Assembly (NCBI GenBank): GCA_964016885.1
Contig: OZ024766.1
Coordinates: forward strand, 20,770,001-20,834,000
Length of the DNA stretch: 64,000 nt
Source of the DNA: Eledone cirrhosa
Lineage: Eukaryota
Reading direction: 5' to 3'
Shown here in pieces: positions 56,381-64,000 of this stretch (positions are counted from its first letter, which is position 1; each line of letters begins with the position of its first letter). The translations under genes and the position numbers were made by a program. Under the pieces are notes generated by a model. The model ran no database searches. It was not told the DNA's origin and was given only the letters and a program-made list of their open reading frames with translations.

Positions 56381-56477
56381 AAATACGATAGTATGTAAAT
56401 GCTAAAGGGTTAAACCGGCCAGAATTCTCTCCCCTCTTTCTGTTCAAACCGGCTGTAACTGGCTGCTCATACTTATG

Positions 56478-57444
56478 TTAACCCTTTAGCACTTAAACCG
56501 GCCAGAATTCTCTCACCTCTTTTTGTTGAAACCGGCTGTAACCAGCCACTCATACTGATGTTAAGGTATTGTTCTCAAAATCTCAGAGATTCGATATTAT
56601 GTGAGGTAAAGCCTTCACCACAAAAATACAATAGTATATCTTCTTCTTGTGACGCCAAACTCCACTAGTTGCAGACTGCACATCAACATGTGATCTCTCT
56701 CTCCACAAAGTTTGATTACCAGCAGCAGAGTTTAAAGAGCAGAGATCAAGTCCAGTCCATAAGTTGACATTATCAAGCCATTGTTTTGGCTGCCAGCCTC
56801 TGCTTCTCTGACCAGCCAACCTTCCTTCCAGGAATATATAATACCTTTAGATCACCAACAGCAGAGTTTAAAGAGCAGAGATCAAGTCCAGTCCATAAGT
56901 TGACATTATCAAGCCATCGTTTTGGCTGCTGACCTCTGCTTCTCTTGCCAGTCATAAGTCTCATGATGTGGTTCTGGAATGTAGAGAGCTTCTGAAGTGA
57001 CCTTGTCCTCGTCCAATTAACACAGTCAAGACCTGCTCACTGAGCCACTGGCCAGTCATAAGTCTCATGATGTGGTTCTGGAATGTAGAGAGCTTCTGAA
57101 GTGACCTTGTCCTCGTCCAATTAACACAGTCAAGACTTATAACACAACTGGTTGGCTGTAAGTATCGAAGATCTTAGCCTTCAAATGATAGGAAACTCGT
57201 TTTGATGTTAGTACTTCCTTGTTCTTGTTGAAAGCTGTATATATATAGAGTAATGTAAATGCTTAAATGTTTAACTGGTTGTATCTGGGCAGAATTCTCT
57301 CACTTCTTCTGTTGAAACCAGCTGCTCATACTGATGTTAAGGTATTGTTCCCAACATCTCAAAGATTCGATATTATGTGAAATAAAGTGTTTTCCATGAA
57401 AATACAATAGCATATATAGAGTAGTGTAAATGCTAAGGGGTTAA
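56478..57444. mobile_element. piggyBac-like MITE ends enclosing RTE-like fragments
   Basis: TTAA-CCCTTTAGCA at 56478 and TGCTAAGGGG-TTAA ending at 57444, with another right end at ~56400-56413. LINE C-terminal pieces at 56640-56950 (minus). Confidence 0.55.
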
Positions 57445-57889
57445 CCACGCAGTCATGTCTGCGCCTATATACAGAACGTTTACAAATAATACTGCCTCAA
57501 AAAGTCTCGTCCAACCCATGCCAGCATGGAGAAGAAATTGGACCTAACATATGATGATGATGATGATGATTTCATCTTGTTTAATATCACCTGAAAATAT
57601 CTTGATCAGCAGCTACACAATGTGGGTGGGGCTAATGAATTCCCATAGGTACCGGGGGTGTGGCTTCATTAAGTATTGGGGGTGTGGCCTGTTAAGTGCC
57701 ATGGGGCGTGGCCTATTGAGCATTGGAGGTGTGGCTAATTATGTATCAAGGGGGGGGGGTATATTGGCAATTATGTGTTGGGGGTATGGCCTGATAAGTA
57801 TGGGGGTGTTAACAAATTGAGTGTCGGGGGCGTGGCCAATTATGTGTCAGGGGTGTGGTCAATTATGTGTCGGGTGGCCAATAAAGTGT

Positions 57890-60800
57890 CAGGAAACCCT
57901 GGGACGACCTGATAAATTCCGACCTCACACACACCTCTCCAAGACAATGTCACTGGACTGAGATCTTTCGCGCTACACAGTAATACAGAAGACCCGCCTT
58001 GCCTAAGTACAAAGCGAAACCTACTACAGTCAGTAGGCATCTCTAACAAAATCCACCCCTGTCCCACTACCCCCACCCCATCCACACCACCCCTTTCAAT
58101 GTAAAGCTATGTTGGTACCACAACATCCAGTCCGAAAGAAATGAGGTCGTGTAGGTGTCACGACAAAAAAAAAACACACAATCCACGCTGTAATGTGGCC
58201 GTGTAGGTAACACGGTAAAAACCTCCCAGTTCCACACTGTAAACGTGGTTGGTGTTAGGAAGGGCATCCAGCCGTAGAAAACCCACCAGACGTGTAGGTG
58301 TCACGACAAAAAAACACACAGTCCACGCTGTAATGTGGCCGTGTAGGTAACACGGTTAAAACCTCCCAGTCCACACTGTAAATGTGGTTGGTGTTAGGAA
58401 GGGCATCCAGCTGTAGAAAACCCGCCAGACAGTCCACGCTGTAATGTGGCCGTGTAGGTAACACGGTTAAAACCTCCCAGTCCACACTGTAAATGTGGTT
58501 GGTGTTAGGAAGGGCATCCAGCTGTAGAAAACCCGCCAGACAGTCCACGCTGTAATGTGGCCGTGTAGGTAACACGGTAAAAACCTCCCAGTCAACACTG
58601 TAAACGTGGTTGGTGTTAGGAAGGGCATCCAGCTGTAGAAAACCCGCCAGACAGTCCACGCTGTAATGTGGCCGTGTAGGCAACACGGTAAAAACCTCCC
58701 AGTTCCACACTGTAAACGTGGTTGGTGTTAGGAAGGGCATCCAGCCGTAGAAAACCCGCCAGACAGTCCACGCTGTAATGTGGCCGTGTAGGCAACACGG
58801 TAAAAACCTCCCAGCCCCACACTGTAAATGTGGTTGGTGTTAGGAAGGGCATCCAGCTGTAGAAAACCCGCCAGACAGTCCACGCTGTAATGTGGCCGTG
58901 TAGGCAACACGGTAAAAACCTCCCAGTCCACACTGTAAACGTGGTTGGTGTTAGGAAGGGCATCCAGCTGTAGAAAACCCGCCAGACAGTCCACGCTGTA
59001 ATGTGGCCGTGTAGGCAACACGGTAAAAACCTCCCAGCCCCACACTGTAAATGTGGTTGGTGTTAGGAAGGGCATCCAGCTGTAGAAAACCCGCCAGACA
59101 GTCCACGCTGTAATGTGGCCGTGTAGGCAACACGGTAAAAACCTCCCAGCCCCACACTGTAAATGTGGTTGGTGTTAGGAAGGGCATCCAGCTGTAGAAA
59201 ACCCGCCAGACAGTCCACGCTGTAATGTGGCCGTGTAGGCAACACGGTTAAAACCTCCCAGTCCACACTGTAAATGTGGTTGGTGTTAGGAAGGGCATCC
59301 AGCTGTAGAAAACCCGCCAGACAGTCCACGCTGTAATGTGGCCGTGTAGGCAACACGGTAAAAACCTCCCAGTCCCACACTGTAAATGTGGTTGGTGTTA
59401 GGAAGGGCATCCAGCTGTAGAAAACCCGCCAGACAGTCCACGCTGTAATGTGGCCGTGTAGGCAACACGGTAAAAACCTCCCAGCCCCACACTGTAAATG
59501 TGGTTGGTGTTAGGAAGGGCATCCAGCTGTAGAAAACCCGCCAGACAGTCCACGCTGTAATGTGGCCGTGTAGGCAACACGGTAAAAACCTCCCAGCCCC
59601 ACACTGTAAATGTGGTTGGTGTTAGGAAGGGCATCCAGCTGTAGAAAACCCGCCAGACAGTCCACGCTGTAATGTGGCCGTGTAGGCAACACGGTAAAAA
59701 CCTCCCAGTTCCACACTGTAAACGTGGTTGGTGTTAGGAAGGGCATCCAGCCGTAGAAAACCCGCCAGACAGTCCACGCTGTAATGTGGCCGTGTAGGCA
59801 ACACGGTAAAAACCTCCCAGCCCCACACTGTAAATGTGGTTGGTGTTAGGAAGGGCATCCAGCTGTAGAAAACCCGCCAGACAGTCCACGCTGTAATGTG
59901 GCCGTGTAGGCAACACGGTAAAAACCTCCCAGCCCCACACTGTAAATGTGGTTGGTGTTAGGAAGGGCATCCAGCCGTAGAAAACCTGCCAGACAGTCCA
60001 CGCTGTAATGTGGCCGTGTAGGTAACATGGTAAAAACCTCCCAGCCCCACACTGTAAATGTGGTTGGTGTTAGGAAGGGCATCCAGCCAGACAGTCCACG
60101 CTGTAATGTGGCCGTGTAGGCAACACGGTAAAAACCTCCCAGCCCCACACTGTAAATGTGGTTGGTGTTAGGAAGGGCATCCAGCTGTAGAAAACTCGCC
60201 AGACAGTCCACGCTGTAATGTGGCCGTGTAGGCAACACGGTAAAAACCTCCCAGTTCCACACTGTAAACGTGGTTGGTGTTAGGAAGGGCATCCAGCCGT
60301 AGAAAACCCGCCAGACAGTCCACGCTGTAATGTGGCCGTGTAGGCAACACGGTAAAAACCTCCCAGCCCCACACTGTAAATGTGGTTGGTGTTAGGAAGG
60401 GCATCCAGCTGTAGAAAACCCGCCAGACAGTCCACGCTGTAATGTGGCCGTGTAGGCAACACGGTAAAAACCTCCCAGCCCCACACTGTAAATGTGGTTG
60501 GTGTTAGGAAGGGCATCCAGCCGTAGAAAACCTGCCAGACAGTCCACGCTGTAATGTGGCCGTGTAGGTAACATGGTAAAAACCTCCCAGCCCCACACTG
60601 TAAATGTGGTTGGTGTTAGGAAGGGCATCCAGCCAGACAGTCCACGCTGTAATGTGGCCGTGTAGGCAACACGGTAAAAACCTCCCAGCCCCACACTGTA
60701 AATGTGGTTGGTGTTAGGAAGGGCATCCAGCTGTAGAAAACCCGCCAGACAGTCCACGCTGTAATGTGGCCGTGTAGGCAACACGGTAAAAACCTCCCAG

Positions 60801-63800
60801 CCCCACACTGTAAATGTGGTTGGTGTTAGGAAGGGCATCCAGCTGTAGAAAACCCGCCAGACAGTCCACGCTGTAATGTGGCCGTGTAGGCAACACGGTT
60901 AAAACCTCCCAGTCCACACTGTAAATGTGGTTGGTGTTAGGAAGGGCATCCAGCTGTAGAAAACCCGCCAGACAGTCCACGCTGTAATGTGGCCGTGTAG
61001 GTAACACGGTAAAAACCTCCCAGCCCCACACTGTAAATGTGGTTGGTGTTAGGAAGGGCATCCAGCTGTAGAAAACCCGCCAGACAGTCCACGCTGTAAT
61101 GTGGCCGTGTAGGCAACACGGTAAAAACCTCCCAGTTCCACACTGTAAACGTGGTTGGTGTTAGGAAGGGCATCCAGCCGTAGAAAACCCGCCAGACAGT
61201 CCACGCTGTAATGTGGCCGTGTAGGCAACACGGTAAAAACCTCCCAGCCCCACACTGTAAATGTGGTTGGTGTTAGGAAGGGCATCCAGCTGTAGAAAAC
61301 CCGCCAGACAGTCCACGCTGTAATGTGGCCGTGTAGGCAACACGGTAAAAACCTCCCAGCCCCACACTGTAAATGTGGTTGGTGTTAGGAAGGGCATCCA
61401 GCCGTAGAAAACCTGCCAGACAGTCCACGCTGTAATGTGGCCGTGTAGGTAACATGGTAAAAACCTCCCAGCCCCACACTGTAAATGTGGTTGGTGTTAG
61501 GAAGGGCATCCAGCCAGACAGTCCACGCTGTAATGTGGCCGTGTAGGCAACACGGTAAAAACCTCCCAGCCCCACACTGTAAATGTGGTTGGTGTTAGGA
61601 AGGGCATCCAGCTGTAGAAAACTCGCCAGACAGTCCACGCTGTAATGTGGCCGTGTAGGCAACACGGTAAAAACCTCCCAGTTCCACACTGTAAACGTGG
61701 TTGGTGTTAGGAAGGGCATCCAGCCGTAGAAAACCCGCCAGACAGTCCACGCTGTAATGTGGCCGTGTAGGCAACACGGTAAAAACCTCCCAGCCCCACA
61801 CTGTAAATGTGGTTGGTGTTAGGAAGGGCATCCAGCTGTAGAAAACCCGCCAGACAGTCCACGCTGTAATGTGGCCGTGTAGGCAACACGGTAAAAACCT
61901 CCCAGCCCCACACTGTAAATGTGGTTGGTGTTAGGAAGGGCATCCAGCCGTAGAAAACCTGCCAGACAGTCCACGCTGTAATGTGGCCGTGTAGGTAACA
62001 TGGTAAAAACCTCCCAGCCCCACACTGTAAATGTGGTTGGTGTTAGGAAGGGCATCCAGCCAGACAGTCCACGCTGTAATGTGGCCGTGTAGGCAACACG
62101 GTAAAAACCTCCCAGCCCCACACTGTAAATGTGGTTGGTGTTAGGAAGGGCATCCAGCTGTAGAAAACCCGCCAGACAGTCCACGCTGTAATGTGGCCGT
62201 GTAGGCAACACGGTAAAAACCTCCCAGCCCCACACTGTAAATGTGGTTGGTGTTAGGAAGGGCATCCAGCTGTAGAAAACCCGCCAGACAGTCCACGCTG
62301 TAATGTGGCCGTGTAGGCAACACGGTTAAAACCTCCCAGTCCACACTGTAAATGTGGTTGGTGTTAGGAAGGGCATCCAGCTGTAGAAAACCCGCCAGAC
62401 AGTCCACGCTGTAATGTGGCCGTGTAGGTAACACGGTAAAAACCTCCCAGCCCCACACTGTAAATGTGGTTGGTGTTAGGAAGGGCATCCAGCTGTAGAA
62501 AACCCGCCAGACAGTCCACGCTGTAATGTGGCCGTGTAGGCAACACGGTTAAAACCTCCCAGTCCACACTGTAAATGTGGTTGGTGTTAGGAAGGGCATC
62601 CAGCTGTAGAAAACCCGCCAGACAGTCCACGCTGTAATGTGGCCGTGTAGGTAACACGGTAAAAACCTCCCAGCCCCACACTGTAAATGTGGTTGGTGTT
62701 AGGAAGGGCATCCAGCCGTAGAAAACCCGCCAGACAGTCCACGCTGTAATGTGGCCGTGTAGGCAACACGGTAAAAACCTCCCAGTCCCACACTGTAAAT
62801 GTGGTTGGTGTTAGGAAGGGCATCCAGCCGTAGAAAACCCACCAGACGTGTAGGTGTCACGACAAAAAAACACACAGTCCACGCTGTAATGTGGCCGTGT
62901 AGGTAACACGGTTAAAACCTCCCAGCCCCACACTGTAAATGTGGTTGGTGTTAGGAAGGGCATCCAGCCGTAGAAAACCCGCCAGACAGTCCACGCTGTA
63001 ATGTGGCCGTGTAGGTAACACGGTTAAAACCTCCCAGCCCCACACTGTAAATGTGGTTGGTGTTAGGAAGGGCATCCAGCCGTAGAAAACCCACCAGACG
63101 TGTAGGTGTCACAACAAAAAAACACACAGTCCACGCTGTAATGTGGCCGTGTAGGCAACACGGTAAAAACCTCCCAGCCCCACACTGTAAATGAGGTTGG
63201 TGTTAGGAAGGGCATCCAGCCGTAGAAAACCCGCCAGACAGTCCACGCTGTAATGTGGCCGTGTAGGCAACACGGTAAAAACCTCCCAGTCCCACACTGT
63301 AAATGTGGTTGGTGTTAGGAAGGGCATCCAGCCGTAGAAAACCCACCAGACGTGTAGGTGTCACGACAAAAAAACACACAGTCCACGCTGTAATGTGGCC
63401 GTGTAGGTAACACGGTTAAAACCTCCCAGCCCCACACTGTAAATGTGGTTGGTGTTAGGAAGGGCATCCAGCCGTAGAAAACCCGCCAGACAGTCCACGC
63501 TGTAATGTGGCCGTGTAGGTAACACGGTTAAAACCTCCCAGCCCCACACTGTAAATGTGGTTGGTGTTAGGAAGGGCATCCAGCCGTAGAAAACCCACCA
63601 GACGTGTAGGTGTCACAACAAAAAAACACACAGTCCACGCTGTAATGTGGCCGTGTAGGCAACACGGTAAAAACCTCCCAGCCCCACACTGTAAATGAGG
63701 TTGGTGTTAGGAAGGGCATCCAGCCGTAGAAAACCGGCCAGACAGTCCACGCTGTAATGTGGCCGTGTAGGCAACACAGTAAAAACCTCCCAGCCCCACA

Positions 63801-64000
63801 CTGTAAATGTGGTTGGTGTTAGGAAGGGCATCCAGCCGTAGAAAACCGGCCAGACAGTCCACGCTGTAATGTGGCCGTGTAGGCAACACGGTAAAAACCT
63901 CCCAGCCCCACACTGTAAATGTGGTTGGTGTTAGGAAGGGCATCCAGCCGTAGAAAACCCGCCAGACAGTCCACGCTGTAATGTGGCCGTGTAGGCAACA
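57890..64000 (+). repeat. RTE family A remnant whose 3' UTR is expanded into a >5.8-kb 112-bp satellite with higher-order structure
   Basis: 57890-58006 is a decayed ORF end (RKPWDDLINSDL..VIQKTRLA*). Unique UTR follows to ~58180, then 112-bp units with 98-, 111- and 140-bp variants to the window end. Confidence 0.92.

Noticed and set aside
58067-63943. Tandem family of 72-161-aa MPFLTPTT.. ORFs
   Set aside because: Antisense translations of the 112-bp satellite; the unit length is not a multiple of three.

Overview
Repeat-saturated animal genomic DNA. An octopod cephalopod is the most likely source; this is inferred from the SINE and RTE-LINE motifs, the extreme microsatellite load and the C2H2 gene, not from a search. 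Two host genes are supported. The first is a three-exon SANS/USH1G (ANKS4B-family) gene at 4981-5150, 11545-11766 and 14739-15810 (487 aa; ankyrin repeats, central domain, SAM, C-terminal DSPL); the ORF track misses its first two exons. The second is a single-coding-exon gene with seven C2H2 fingers at about 37390-39063. The rest is a young 5'-truncated RTE-clade LINE with a PHD-like finger, fragments of RTE, CR1-like and R4/Dong-like LINEs, a non-autonomous Helitron, MITEs, SINE remnants, microsatellites and tandem arrays. Most of the longer-unit arrays trace to the 3' parts of retroelements, and some show higher-order repeats. A repeated element resembling a Penelope terminal repeat folds into a non-canonical type I hammerhead-like structure. 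Most ORFs in the supplied track are translations of repeats. All alignments and folds were done by eye.
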